Assembly (NCBI GenBank): GCA_002257025.1
Contig: NCHA01000014.1
Span: 4,669-68,668 of the forward strand
From: Sphingobacteriales bacterium 16-39-50
GTDB taxonomy: Bacteria > Bacteroidota > Bacteroidia > Sphingobacteriales > Sphingobacteriaceae
Direction of reading: 5' to 3'
DNA length: 64,000 nt
This document shows, in pieces, positions 1 to 10,720 of the stretch. Under the pieces are notes generated by a model that saw nothing but the letters and a program-made list of their open reading frames with translations, had not been told where the DNA came from and made no database searches. Made by a program: the position numbers and the translations under genes. Each line of letters starts with the position of its first letter. Positions within the stretch are counted from its first letter, which is position 1.

Positions 1-1
1 T

Positions 2-490
2 ATCCGTTTTGTTTTGCTGATTGCCACTCAGGTTTTTCTGTTTAAGAATATTGGATATTATAATCTAAGCATACCCTATCTCTATATCCTGTTTATTCTC
101 TTGCTCCCATTCGGAATACCCAATGGGCTGCTATTCGTGCTGGCCTTCGTTACCGGCATTACAGTCGACGTTTTTTACGACACACTCGGTCTGAATGCTA
201 TTGCCTGTACCGTTATGGCTTTTGTACGAATTGTATTTATTTCTGTAACTGTTCAGCGGGATGGTTTTGACAATGAACCTGAACCCAGCCTCGGAATAAT
301 GGGATTCAGATGGTTTATCTTTTATGCGGTCATCCTAACCTTCTTTCACCATCTGATCTTGTTCAGTTTCGAAACCTTTAAATTCTCAGAACTTGGTTTC
401 ACTTTGATTCGGGTTGTTCTCAGTACTTTTTTTACAGTTTTCCTGATTCTGATAACTGAGTTTGCCTTCTTCCGAAAGAAAATCAGGTGA
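2..490 (+). CDS. mreD: Rod shape-determining protein MreD (5'-partial, frame open to the window edge)
   Basis: Hydrophobic multi-TM protein (PYLYILFILLLP, GITVDVFYDTLGLNA) directly upstream of PBP2 and RodA. The frame is open upstream of the TTG at 14 (IRFVLL...). Confidence 0.9.
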   Translation: MRFVLLIATQVFLFKNIGYYNLSIPYLYILFILLLPFGIPNGLLFVLAFVTGITVDVFYDTLGLNAIACTVMAFVRIVFISVTVQRDGFDNEPEPSLGIMGFRWFIFYAVILTFFHHLILFSFETFKFSELGFTLIRVVLSTFFTVFLILITEFAFFRKKIR

Positions 491-754
491 TTTTTCTGAA
501 TTGCCCTGGTTTCTACCTCTAAATAAGGCAAAATACAACTAAATTGAAATTACGAGGCAAATTCAAATCATATTTAAGATTTTTCAGGAAATGAGCATAA
601 ATAATTAGATGAGGCTTATGCATGCAGAATAAATTCTTTCTTACTTTTACGGTTTAACAGAAGATACTTAATTAGGTAGAACTCCGCAATTAGCTTTGTT
701 GAAAAAGGACATTTACCATTAGGAATAGATAAAAATCTAATTTGATCAGAATTA

Positions 755-2599
755 ATGAATAGTTTTTTCGCGAGAAAGTTTGTAGTTCAGGGAATCTTCA
801 TCGCCATAACCATAATTCTGCTCATGCGTCTGTTTTATATACAGGTGATCAGCGATGAGTACATTCTGTCTGCTGAAAATAATGTGATCAGAAGATTACC
901 AATTTATCCTGCACGCGGAGTTATTCTTGACAGGAATGAAAATATCCTGGTACAAAACGAGCCCGTTTATGATCTGATGGTTATTCCGAGGGAAGTAAAG
1001 CCTTTCGATACAATTGAATTCTGTAATTTGATCGGGATTGATAAAAAAGGGTTTGACAGGAGATTCAAAAAGGCCCGATCCTATTCCCCATACAAAGCCT
1101 CTATTTTTGAGAAGCAGCTTTCGGTACAGATTTATGCATCCTTTCAGGAGAAGCTGAGTAATTTTCCGGGATTTTTTGTTCAAAACAGAACAGTTAGAAG
1201 ATACCCGGATAGTATCGCAGCCCATTTTCTGGGTTATATCGGAGAGGTCAATCAAAGGGTGATTGAGAATTCCAAAGGCTTTTACAGTCAGGGGGATTAT
1301 CATGGAATTACTGGTGTTGAAAAGTCCTATGAGGAATTGTTAAGAGGGCAGCGGGGCGTACAAAACCTGATGGTTGATGCTTTAAACCGACCAAAAGGAA
1401 GTTATGCAGATGGGAAATATGATACTGTAGCAGTTGCTGGTGAGCATATGATCTCTTCATTAGACAAGGATCTTCAAAAACTGGGAGAGCAGTTGATGAA
1501 GAACAAGATTGGCAGTATAGTCGCAATAGAGCCTTCAACTGGAGAAATATTATCATTCGTCAGCAGTCCGGGTTATGATCCAAATCTAATGGTTGGACGT
1601 CAGCGAGGCAATAATTACATGGCCCTGCTCAACGATACCTACAAGCCAATGTTTGTCCGCCCGATTCAAGCAGAATATCCACCAGGCTCAATTTTTAAGG
1701 TAGTTAACGCTCTGGTTGCGCAACAGTTCGGATTAATTAATGAGAATACTTATTTCTTTTGTCCGGGTGGCTACCGTTATGGCCGTCAGGGTTTTATGGG
1801 CTGTACACACGTCCATGGATCAATTGGGCTGAAAGGATCAATTACAGAATCATGCAATACTTACTATGGTTATACCTACGCCAGAATGATTGACCAGGCA
1901 GGTATGCGGCCAGTAAATGCTTATAAAAAATGGCGGACAGCAGTTTCTGCTTTCGGGATTGGAACTGCATTAGGAATTGACCTGCCGGGAGAACGAAACG
2001 GGCTCCTCCCTACTTCTGATTTCTATACCAAACGCTTCAAAAACGACAGATGGGGCTCTGCTTTTACGATATCCTTATCAATTGGTCAGGGGGAGTTGGG
2101 AATAACTCCATTACAAATGGCAAATGTGATGGCCATCGTTGCCAACCGCGGATTTTTCTATAAGCCACACCTGATTAAGGCAATTGGTGATGAGAATGTA
2201 ATCAAAGAGGAATTTTTGAAAAAGAATAGTGCAGGTATTGATCCGGCGTATTTTGATGTAATTATAGATGGAATGAGTGCAGTAGTAAACCAGCCCAGCG
2301 GTACAGCCTGGTACTCACGAATTCCGGAAATTGAAATGTGCGGTAAAACTGGTACAGTACAAAATCCGCATGGAAAAGATCACTCAGTTTTTGTCGCATT
2401 TGCACCCAGAGAAAATCCCAAAATTGCAATTGCAGTAGTCGTAGAGAATGCAGGGTTCGGAGCAACCTGGTCGGCACCAATTGCCAGCCTAATGGTTGAG
2501 AAATATATAAATAAAAAAATCAGCAGACCAAAAGCCTATATGGATCGACTGATTGATGCGAATCTGCTCCCGGGCTCAGGTAAAGTGATCAGGAAGTAA
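755..2599 (+). CDS. mrdA: Penicillin-binding protein 2 (peptidoglycan D,D-transpeptidase)
   Basis: N-terminal TM anchor, PARG.I.DR dimerisation motif, SxxK (GSIFK), SxN (SCN) and KTG (GKTGT) motifs; located between mreD and rodA. Confidence 0.95.
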   Translation: MNSFFARKFVVQGIFIAITIILLMRLFYIQVISDEYILSAENNVIRRLPIYPARGVILDRNENILVQNEPVYDLMVIPREVKPFDTIEFCNLIGIDKKGFDRRFKKARSYSPYKASIFEKQLSVQIYASFQEKLSNFPGFFVQNRTVRRYPDSIAAHFLGYIGEVNQRVIENSKGFYSQGDYHGITGVEKSYEELLRGQRGVQNLMVDALNRPKGSYADGKYDTVAVAGEHMISSLDKDLQKLGEQLMKNKIGSIVAIEPSTGEILSFVSSPGYDPNLMVGRQRGNNYMALLNDTYKPMFVRPIQAEYPPGSIFKVVNALVAQQFGLINENTYFFCPGGYRYGRQGFMGCTHVHGSIGLKGSITESCNTYYGYTYARMIDQAGMRPVNAYKKWRTAVSAFGIGTALGIDLPGERNGLLPTSDFYTKRFKNDRWGSAFTISLSIGQGELGITPLQMANVMAIVANRGFFYKPHLIKAIGDENVIKEEFLKKNSAGIDPAYFDVIIDGMSAVVNQPSGTAWYSRIPEIEMCGKTGTVQNPHGKDHSVFVAFAPRENPKIAIAVVVENAGFGATWSAPIASLMVEKYINKKISRPKAYMDRLIDANLLPGSGKVIRK

Positions 2600-2654
2600 G
2601 ATTCAGACAGTACCAGGAATAAAATAGTTTTAACAGAAGCGAAGTTAAAATCCA

Positions 2655-3914
2655 ATGAATAATCAACGCAGCCTCTTTTTCAATGTAGACTGGTTTATCA
2701 TATTAACCTATTTAACCCTGTGCATTATTGGCTGGTTCAACATTCATGCTGCGGTTTATGATCCAATGAATCCGAGTATAATCGATCTGGATACCAATTA
2801 TGGTAAACAACTGATCTTCATTATATCAGCATTCATTATTGGCTTTGCTATTCTGCTGTTTGACAACAAATTTTTCAATACCTTTTCTCCGGTATTTTAT
2901 GGCATTACCATTTTACTTCTTATTCTTGTTTTGATTATCGGTCGTAATGTAGGAGGAAATCAGGCATGGATACCTATCGGCAGTTTCCGGCTTCAACCCT
3001 CAGAATTTGCTAAATTTGCTACCTGTTTATTACTTGCCAGATACCTTAGCTCGGGTACCATTAAAGTGCAGGAATTCCGAACCCAGATAACTGCAGCATT
3101 CATCATACTCCTTCCAACCGCTCTTATTTTATTGCAACCCGATGCTGGTTCCGCATTGACCTTCAGTTCTCTTATTCTGGTATTGTATCGTGAGGGACTA
3201 TCAGGTTATTTTCTGGTCATTGAAGGGCTTTCCATAGTACTCTTTGTGCTTACGGTTTTATACAATAAATACGTAGTTTTGGTTGGTGTTATTGCCTTGA
3301 CAGGTACCCTTATCTATTTTTATCGAAAAAGCAGAAAGTCATTAACTATCATCGGTTCAGGTTTTTTATTTTCTGTCTTATTTATATTTTCAGTTGATTT
3401 TGCCTACAACAAGATCCTGAAGCCTCATCAAAAAAACCGGATTGATGTTATTCTTGGAAAGGTAAATGATCCTCGTGGAATAGGATACAATTTAAATCAA
3501 TCTAAAATAGCCATCGGCTCAGGGGGGCTATGGGGTAAGGGATATCTCCAGGGCACACAAACCAAATATGATTTCGTACCTGAGCAAAGTACCGACTTTA
3601 TTTTCTGTACTGTAGGTGAAGAATGGGGCTTTGCCGGCTGTTTCCTTGTGATCAGCTTATATCTGTTCCTTTTGATACGGATAGTAAATATTGCAGAACG
3701 TCAGCGATCTTCCTTTGCGAGGATCTACGGCTATGGGGTAGCCTCAATATTGTTCTTTCACGTTTTTATCAATATTGGAATGACCATCGGATTAATTCCG
3801 GTGATAGGGATCCCTCTCCCATTTTTAAGCTATGGAGGATCTTCCCTATGGAGTTTTACGATCCTGCTGTTTATACTGCTTAAATTTGATTCTAACCGAA
3901 TGGGAATTATCTAG
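2655..3914 (+). CDS. rodA: Rod shape-determining protein RodA (SEDS family)
   Basis: SEDS motifs LQPSEFAK, QPDAGSAL, SKIAIGSGG, PEQSTDFIF, GIPLPFLSYGGSS; follows mrdA. Confidence 0.95.
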   Translation: MNNQRSLFFNVDWFIILTYLTLCIIGWFNIHAAVYDPMNPSIIDLDTNYGKQLIFIISAFIIGFAILLFDNKFFNTFSPVFYGITILLLILVLIIGRNVGGNQAWIPIGSFRLQPSEFAKFATCLLLARYLSSGTIKVQEFRTQITAAFIILLPTALILLQPDAGSALTFSSLILVLYREGLSGYFLVIEGLSIVLFVLTVLYNKYVVLVGVIALTGTLIYFYRKSRKSLTIIGSGFLFSVLFIFSVDFAYNKILKPHQKNRIDVILGKVNDPRGIGYNLNQSKIAIGSGGLWGKGYLQGTQTKYDFVPEQSTDFIFCTVGEEWGFAGCFLVISLYLFLLIRIVNIAERQRSSFARIYGYGVASILFFHVFINIGMTIGLIPVIGIPLPFLSYGGSSLWSFTILLFILLKFDSNRMGII

Positions 3915-4827
3915 AAAATCGCTGATTCAGAATTCCGTAAAACTTATCTGCAACATTTTGCTTCTCAGCCCAGTTATTCTTGGAAGAATAGTTTTGCTTA
4001 AGGAAATTATCAGCGGACTCAAAACTTTCAAAACGATTCAGTATCTCGATGGCTTCACTATAAGCCAGACTGTAGCCGTTGAACAGATCCCTAACAAATA
4101 CTAACTTGTCATTCAGATTGATCAGGCTTTTCAGGTCTTTCACCTGCCGTTTAGCAAACTGGCTCGAGACTGTCCTTTGAGAAGCCTGAGATGCAAGTAT
4201 CTCATTGATTGTAAGGGGCTGTTCTTCAGCATCAGACTCTTTATTAATGTTAGCCGATTCCTGTATATTATCTTCTTCAAATACTCCAAACACAGGATTT
4301 AAATCAGCTTGAGGTAGTGCTTCTTCAACTTTTTCTGAGTCTGAAGATTCTTCAATTTTCATTTCAGAATCATTCTCAGGCTGGACTTTCAATTGGGTTT
4401 TCTGATCAATTACTTCGATTTCCTCTTCTGTGAGCGGCCTGTCAAATAAATCATGTGCAGCCTTCTCTTCATAATCGAATGATTGAACAGCTTCATCCTT
4501 AATCTCAAATTTCCATTCAGGAATAGTCACTTCATTTTCCTCTTCAATTATGGGGTTTTCAGCAGGCTTCTCACGCACAAATGGCTCCGGCTTTAATATC
4601 TCAGCAGCGACAGCCGGTTCTGGCTCAGGACTATTTGATTTCGAATTATGATTAAGTTTCTGAAGAATTGTAATATGATCGGATAAAAAATCTGCATTGG
4701 CAGCAAAAAGCTCGAGTTCAAGTTCATTCAGATTTTCGGGATCCTGAGACAGATATTCATATTGCTCATTCAATTCTGCAATAATTCCGGCAACTTTCTT
4801 AAAGATTTCTTTCTTATTCATTCTCAT
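3907..4827 (-). CDS. Hypothetical protein (helical N-terminus, acidic linker, compact C-terminal domain); start may be 4821
   Basis: 306-aa ORF with a Bacteroidota-type C-terminus (DLKSLINLNDKLVFVRDLFNG...AIEILN); overlaps the rodA 3' end by 8 bp. Confidence 0.75.
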   Translation of the reverse strand: MRMNKKEIFKKVAGIIAELNEQYEYLSQDPENLNELELELFAANADFLSDHITILQKLNHNSKSNSPEPEPAVAAEILKPEPFVREKPAENPIIEEENEVTIPEWKFEIKDEAVQSFDYEEKAAHDLFDRPLTEEEIEVIDQKTQLKVQPENDSEMKIEESSDSEKVEEALPQADLNPVFGVFEEDNIQESANINKESDAEEQPLTINEILASQASQRTVSSQFAKRQVKDLKSLINLNDKLVFVRDLFNGYSLAYSEAIEILNRFESFESADNFLKQNYSSKNNWAEKQNVADKFYGILNQRFSR

Positions 4828-5015
4828 TCGAATATTGAGGCCGACCGGGTTGTATCAGCCTGAAAATAGTATCATGGCAAAAAAGCCACAATCAAATATA
4901 AGCACAATTATCAAATGTATTGACTAAAATTGAGCAGGGAATCCCTTTTATGTGCTCTTAAATCCATTAAAAATCGGATATTAGTGGCAGTAAAAAAGAG
5001 GGACAAGCAAGCAGA

Positions 5016-5594
5016 ATGTTATTCAGTGAACACAATTTTAAGCGGAGAAAAGAGCTCAGTGGAAGCATTGAAGTTATCTGCGGATCAATGTTTTCAGGCA
5101 AAACAGAAGAACTGATAAGAAGACTCCGACGTGCCCAGATCGCTAAACTGAACGTTGAAATATTCAAACCAAAAACAGATACCCGCTATGATGAAAACTC
5201 AGTGGTATCACATGACCTTAACTCTATTCAATCTACCCCGGTTGAAAATGCCGCTTCAATCCTTCTCCTGAGTTCAAATACTGAGGTTGTCGGAATAGAC
5301 GAAGCCCAATTCTTTGACGATCAATTACCTGATGTATGCAACACTTTAGCCAACAGAGGAATCCGGGTAATTATAGCCGGACTGGATATGGATTTTCAGG
5401 GTAAACCTTTTGGGCCTATGCCCGAACTGATGTCAATCGCCGAAGTGGTAAACAAAGTACATGCCGTTTGTTTGCAGTGTGGCGGACCTGCAACTTATTC
5501 ATACCGTACAGTACCCAGCGAATCGAAGATATTACTGGGCGAAAAGGAGAGTTATGAACCGCGCTGCAGAACCTGCTTCAATACTATTTCATAA
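5016..5594 (+). CDS. tdk: Thymidine kinase
   Basis: P-loop [21 protein letters not shown] and Zn-binding C-x2-C pairs (CLQC, CRTC). Confidence 0.95.
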   Translation: MLFSEHNFKRRKELSGSIEVICGSMFSGKTEELIRRLRRAQIAKLNVEIFKPKTDTRYDENSVVSHDLNSIQSTPVENAASILLLSSNTEVVGIDEAQFFDDQLPDVCNTLANRGIRVIIAGLDMDFQGKPFGPMPELMSIAEVVNKVHAVCLQCGGPATYSYRTVPSESKILLGEKESYEPRCRTCFNTIS

Positions 5595-5721
5595 TTAATA
5601 GTCTTTCCTGAATTACATTATTCTCAGGCATCAGGAATTACCCATTTAGGGTAAATGTATAGCCATTGTTGAATTTAACTCAGAATTACAAATCTTTCGT
5701 ATATGTCAATAAAGAGGACAC

Positions 5722-6924
5722 ATGAAAGCGATTCCTAAAATTTTAATTGCAATAAGTCTTTTCATAATCTTTGCGGTGGGATGCAGCAAAAAAGAAAGTG
5801 AGACCTTGGAAATGCAAATTACCTATGCAGCGATTAAAACCGCATTTGGAGATAATATTAATCTGAATAGTTTAGCAGAATATGCCGGCCAAGCCAAACC
5901 TATATATATCCAAAAGGACAATACAGGTGGCAATACGATATCAAATGCTAAAGCCACAATTGGACGTGTACTTTTCTACGATAAGAATCTGAGCATCAAC
6001 AATACCATATCCTGTGCCAGCTGCCATAAGCAGGAATTTGCCTTTAGTGATCCTGAAATAGTAAGTTCGGGTGTGGTGGGCGGACTTACACAAAGGCATT
6101 CTATGCGACTTGTTAATTCAAGATTTGCCGTTGAGCGTAAATTCTTCTGGGATGAACGGGCCGCCAGTTTAGAAATCCAAACTACACAACCGATTCAGGA
6201 TCATGCTGAACTGGGTTTCAGTGGCCAGAATGGAAGACCCGGGCTGAGTGTCCTGCTTACTAAATTACAGGCACTTGATTATTACAATGAACTATTTAAG
6301 TTTGCCTATAGTGATATTAATGTAACAGAGGCCAGAATTCAGGAATGCCTGGCTCAGTTTATCAGAAGCATTCAGTCTTTCGACTCAAAATACGATGCAG
6401 GCAGGGCATTAGTGGCAAACGATAATCAGAATTTTCCGAATTTTACCCAGGCAGAAAATGCCGGTAAAAATTTATTTATCGCCGCACCCGTTTTTGATGC
6501 AAATTCAAGCAGAATTGCGGGCGGACTAGGATGCAATGCCTGTCATAATGCACCTGAATTCGATATTGACCCCAACAGCAGGAATAATGGAATTATCGGT
6601 CAGGCCAACGGCACAAACAGAGATTTTACTAATACCAGAGCCCCTTCTTTACGCGATTTAACAAGGACAGACAAAAGAGTTAATAGTCCAATGATGCATA
6701 CAGGAGTTATAGTTGCACTAAGAGCAGCTATTAATCATTATAATACAATAAACATTGGTCCTGCCCAAAACCCAAATCTCGACCCCCGGCTGGCACCAAA
6801 TGGTATCGGGCAGAAATTAAATCTCACAGAAATTGAGATAAATGCTGTGGTTGCTTTCCTTGAGACACTTGCCGGGACGAATGTTTATACAGACAAAAAA
6901 TGGAGTGATCCTTTTATTAAATAG
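5722..6924 (+). CDS. Di-haem cytochrome c peroxidase (MauG/CcpA family) lipoprotein
   Basis: Lipobox (AVGC), two CxxCH motifs (CASCH, CNACH), GRVLFYDKNLS, FFWDERA, PMMHTG. Confidence 0.85.
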   Translation: MKAIPKILIAISLFIIFAVGCSKKESETLEMQITYAAIKTAFGDNINLNSLAEYAGQAKPIYIQKDNTGGNTISNAKATIGRVLFYDKNLSINNTISCASCHKQEFAFSDPEIVSSGVVGGLTQRHSMRLVNSRFAVERKFFWDERAASLEIQTTQPIQDHAELGFSGQNGRPGLSVLLTKLQALDYYNELFKFAYSDINVTEARIQECLAQFIRSIQSFDSKYDAGRALVANDNQNFPNFTQAENAGKNLFIAAPVFDANSSRIAGGLGCNACHNAPEFDIDPNSRNNGIIGQANGTNRDFTNTRAPSLRDLTRTDKRVNSPMMHTGVIVALRAAINHYNTINIGPAQNPNLDPRLAPNGIGQKLNLTEIEINAVVAFLETLAGTNVYTDKKWSDPFIK

Positions 6925-7007
6925 GGAATGGGGAATAGAAAATTGGGAATGGAAAAGCACTCCATAGATTAGATCGAAACCAGAATAGATCTGGTGATTC
7001 CGTGGAA

Positions 7008-9815
7008 CTATTTTGTTACCAGTAATTTTAAAGTTTTTTCCTTGCCTTCAAACTGTAATTTATAAAGGTATAAACCAGATTGAAGTTCAGAAAGGTCCAA
7101 ATTAACACGATAAGAACCTATTGCCAGATTATCCCTGATTAGTTCTCTGACCGGCTGACCCGCTGCATTATACAAGATCAGATTTGTAAGGCCGGGCCGG
7201 CTCAGGCTAAAATCAATTATCGTTTGATCGAGTCCAGGATTAGGAAAGTTTTGCCTCAGCACAAATCCGTCTTCGGCTTCAGCAATTTCAGAATTGTTTA
7301 ATTCATCATATTTTTTCTGTGCTGCTATAGCGCTGGCTTGAAGATCAGTCAGCGAATCTCCTCCTATTAATGCAAATGCCACCTTTACAATTCCATTTAC
7401 CGGAATTGTAAACGGGCCATAGCCGCTAACAAGTAAAACATCATAACCGTCAGGGACATTTTCGCCCAAACTTGTGCTTTTAATTCCGGCAGAAAGTGTC
7501 TGATATTTCTCGGCGATACTAAATTCACCATCGGCAAAAATCGGATCGGCGGGAACCTGATTAGCAAGAGGGTAATAAACAGCTTGTCCGGTAGTGCTGA
7601 GAAGTTTTACCCCTGCATAATATGTTCCGCCGTGCCTCCCGTAAACATAAGCCAGTCTGTTTGCGGCATCGTACTTTGTAACATCTCTTGCAATCTGGTC
7701 TACGTCCCAGTCCGAAAATAGACCAGCATAGATACCATTTAATACTTCTTGCCCGGCATTACGGATTTCATATTCTGAGATGATATACTTATCATCCGGT
7801 GCAGTTGCAAAGGCCGTCTGACTATGCCTGATATGCAAGTTCAATCGATTTGGACTTCCTGAATCATCAAACTCCGAATGTCCCAGAAATGCGGCTTTGG
7901 TATCATCATCTTTGAAAACCCTGAGTTTTTTAACAAAATGATCATCTGAAGTTCCGAAACCCGACCTGGTATTATTCGAAACCGCCGAAGCAGATTTTCC
8001 AATCATCAGAGAAGCCTCAACCAATAGAGGCTCAGACTTATAAATAAACCCCAAACCGTCTTCTCCATCGCTATCAGCATAGCCAATACGACCATTACTG
8101 CTAATGGTAGAACTGACCTGATTTACATTAATATTCATGAAATCCCGGGCCACACGAACCTGAAATTGCTCAGTGCTCTGATAATTACTACCTGAAGAAT
8201 AATTTAAACTAAAATTGACAAGTTCATTATCTGGTGTACCAGGCCTGATGTATATCCGAAAAGGCCCAATCATAGTCTTCAATTCTTTTGTCCCGATACT
8301 GCTAACCGTATATTGCTGATTTATTATCTGAACATTAGGATTAGTAGTAAGCAGCTTTATTGAAAGTGCGGCGGCCGGCGATAAAAAATTCTTGATATCC
8401 AGAAAAATAGATAAGGTATCACCAGCAGGTATTGACCCATTACCTTTATCATTAAGCGTAATTTTCTGATATTTTATTGAAGGTAAGGTCTCAGTAAGTG
8501 CCCTGAATACGTTTAACCGTCCATGTCCCAACTGCCCTGTATATCCCGGATTAAGCTGATCAATATTATCTGAACTCACTTTTAATTGCTCAGCTACCTG
8601 AAACATATCAAAAGCCGGAAATCGTGACCTGACTAATGCCGCTGCACTTGAAACCATTGGAGTTGAAAAAGAGGTTCCAGCAACCTGGCCATATTTATTG
8701 CCATTTTTGCTTGAATAAACTACTCCGGGTGCCGATATTGAAATATGGCTGCCATAACTTGAAAAATCATTCTTTTTATCATTCGGATCAACTGCCGACA
8801 CTCCGAGCACGCCTGCATAAGCTGCGGGATATTCTGGTGCAGAACTATTGGAATTCCCGGCACAAGCAATAATAAGGCTCCCCTTTGATATGGCATAGTT
8901 CACAATATCCTGGCCAAAGGAGGAGCCGTTTGGTCCGCTGAATGAACAATTAATTATGTGGGCGCCATTATCCGCAGCATATTTAATTCCCTCATAACCC
9001 TTGTAAATAACTGTGGCATTATTATCAGCGCATGCTTTTACAATCATTAATTTAGCATTGTAAGCGATACTTGCAATACCAAGTCCATTATCTGAAACAG
9101 CCGACGCGATACCACTAACACTTACTCCATGATCTGTTGAATCACTGCTCACATCAGGGTTGTTATCCACCTGCGGGTTAGACCCACTTAAGCCAACAAG
9201 GTCAATTCCCGGAAATATAATGTTTGCTTTCAGATCAATATGATCCATATCAGTCCCTGTATCTACAATAGCAATGATTGTGTTGGAAGAATTTCTAATC
9301 AGATCCCATGACTGCTCAGCCTTCACCTGCTTGAGCTGGCTTTGAAAACCTGAAAAAAGCGGATCATTAGGAGTATAAGAAACAAAGTGAACATAGCTCG
9401 GCTCAGCATATTCAATATTGGGATTCTTCAGTAATTCATTGATTACTTTCTCAATTCCCTGCTTTGAACTGAACCTTAATTCATAAATTCTGTCAAGCCC
9501 AACCGTATCTTTAATTGCCATTCGCTGAATTGCCTCGGCACTGATTGCTTTCACTGAGTTTTTAAAAAGCTGATTGATATTAAGCTCAGAAGCTTTGATA
9601 TTCAGATTTTTTAAACTTGAAGCTGAACTTGCAGAACGTACTTGAGCTGCATTAGTTCCCTTGCGAAATTTAACGATGATAACATCCGGTAAATAGTCCT
9701 TTTGACTTATTCCCTGAGGCAGCTTAAACGAAGTCCTTCGGCTAATTCCAGTACCACTCTGACCCAACGCTGTAAGAACGTGGATGCAACAAAACAGCAA
9801 TAACAGTCTCTTCAT
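7008..9815 (-). CDS. S8 (subtilisin-family) serine peptidase with T9SS type A C-terminal sorting domain
   Basis: Signal peptide, prodomain, catalytic D (IVDTG), H (DHGVSV), S (GTSFSTP); CTD LRQNFPNP...GLYLYKL...KLLVTK. Confidence 0.9.
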   Translation of the reverse strand: MKRLLLLFCCIHVLTALGQSGTGISRRTSFKLPQGISQKDYLPDVIIVKFRKGTNAAQVRSASSASSLKNLNIKASELNINQLFKNSVKAISAEAIQRMAIKDTVGLDRIYELRFSSKQGIEKVINELLKNPNIEYAEPSYVHFVSYTPNDPLFSGFQSQLKQVKAEQSWDLIRNSSNTIIAIVDTGTDMDHIDLKANIIFPGIDLVGLSGSNPQVDNNPDVSSDSTDHGVSVSGIASAVSDNGLGIASIAYNAKLMIVKACADNNATVIYKGYEGIKYAADNGAHIINCSFSGPNGSSFGQDIVNYAISKGSLIIACAGNSNSSAPEYPAAYAGVLGVSAVDPNDKKNDFSSYGSHISISAPGVVYSSKNGNKYGQVAGTSFSTPMVSSAAALVRSRFPAFDMFQVAEQLKVSSDNIDQLNPGYTGQLGHGRLNVFRALTETLPSIKYQKITLNDKGNGSIPAGDTLSIFLDIKNFLSPAAALSIKLLTTNPNVQIINQQYTVSSIGTKELKTMIGPFRIYIRPGTPDNELVNFSLNYSSGSNYQSTEQFQVRVARDFMNINVNQVSSTISSNGRIGYADSDGEDGLGFIYKSEPLLVEASLMIGKSASAVSNNTRSGFGTSDDHFVKKLRVFKDDDTKAAFLGHSEFDDSGSPNRLNLHIRHSQTAFATAPDDKYIISEYEIRNAGQEVLNGIYAGLFSDWDVDQIARDVTKYDAANRLAYVYGRHGGTYYAGVKLLSTTGQAVYYPLANQVPADPIFADGEFSIAEKYQTLSAGIKSTSLGENVPDGYDVLLVSGYGPFTIPVNGIVKVAFALIGGDSLTDLQASAIAAQKKYDELNNSEIAEAEDGFVLRQNFPNPGLDQTIIDFSLSRPGLTNLILYNAAGQPVRELIRDNLAIGSYRVNLDLSELQSGLYLYKLQFEGKEKTLKLLVTK

Positions 9816-9926
9816 TGGTAGGGTTTACCAAAAATAGCAAAATCAGCAAAGAATGAACACTCTGTTGTTAAATATAAAAAACGGAGAAATCAGAGATTCA
9901 ATAAGAGGAATAAGGCTTATCATTTA

Positions 9927-9953
9927 TGAAACTTTCACAGGTGCAATTCCGTA
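9927..9953 (+). promoter_or_regulatory. Candidate ECF-sigma promoter of the response regulator
   Basis: TGAAAC-N17-CGTA, 32 bp upstream of the ATG; resembles the B. subtilis SigW-type consensus TGAAAC-N16-CGTA. Confidence 0.35.
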
Positions 9954-9985
9954 TATAAGTGCAGGATTTGTTAATATTTTAGAAT

Positions 9986-10420
9986 ATGCCTTACGAACAA
10001 TTAAAAAAGGTGCTTTGTATCAATGACAATGAAGTTACATTGTGGATTCAAAAACAGATTCTCAATAAATCTAAATTTTCAGAGGAAGTAATAACCGCAT
10101 TTAATGGTTTGGAAGGTTTGGAATATTATAAAAATCTGATTAATGGGAATACTGAAAATCAGAACAACTTTCCGGGCCTGATCCTGCTTGATCTGCATAT
10201 GCCGGTTATGGACGGGTGGGAATTTCTTTATAGATTTTCTTCAGAAATCTATCCGCATTGTAAGAACACCAAAGTGATCATTACCTCCTATTCAATTGAT
10301 GAGGTAGATTCGGAGCGTGCAAAGAAATATCCCTTTGTAGTTGACTTCCTGACCAGCTCACTTAGTGTTGATTATCTTGAAAGTCTGCAGAGATCACTAT
10401 TATCGGATGAGTTGGTTTAA
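9986..10420 (+). CDS. Single-domain CheY-like response regulator (atypical)
   Basis: Receiver fold with LILLDLHMPVMDGWEFL; the conserved Lys-Pro is absent; no kinase gene nearby. Confidence 0.85.
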   Translation: MPYEQLKKVLCINDNEVTLWIQKQILNKSKFSEEVITAFNGLEGLEYYKNLINGNTENQNNFPGLILLDLHMPVMDGWEFLYRFSSEIYPHCKNTKVIITSYSIDEVDSERAKKYPFVVDFLTSSLSVDYLESLQRSLLSDELV

Positions 10421-10640
10421 AATTCTTAATTATAACACATAATCCCTGATTCTACATCCTGTATTTTCTTAATAATTTGAAGTGATTCATAGTGCACATA
10501 ATTTATTTAGCACTCAAAATCAGCCATCTACTAATCAAAAAAACGAATTATCGTAATATTTTTTTTCGAAAGACAATAGTCATTTAATTAAAATAAGAAG
10601 AATTTGCCATTATCGCAATAAATTACAAAAATGCATTTAA

Positions 10641-10666
10641 GGAAACATTAATGCTTATTTTTCGTA
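10641..10666 (+). promoter_or_regulatory. Candidate ECF-sigma promoter of the giant adhesin
   Basis: GGAAAC-N16-CGTA upstream of the 10721 ATG. Confidence 0.35.
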
Positions 10667-10720
10667 ATAGATAAATACATTAAACACTTATATATTGTTT
10701 GATGCAATTGCCATTGCAGA

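Noticed and set aside
5674-5701. Third ECF-type promoter before the cytochrome c peroxidase
   Set aside because: Has CGTA but only TTTAAC with an 18-nt spacer; too weak in AT-rich DNA.
6925-6960. GGGAAT microrepeats after the peroxidase
   Set aside because: Three short copies with no structure or recognisable function.
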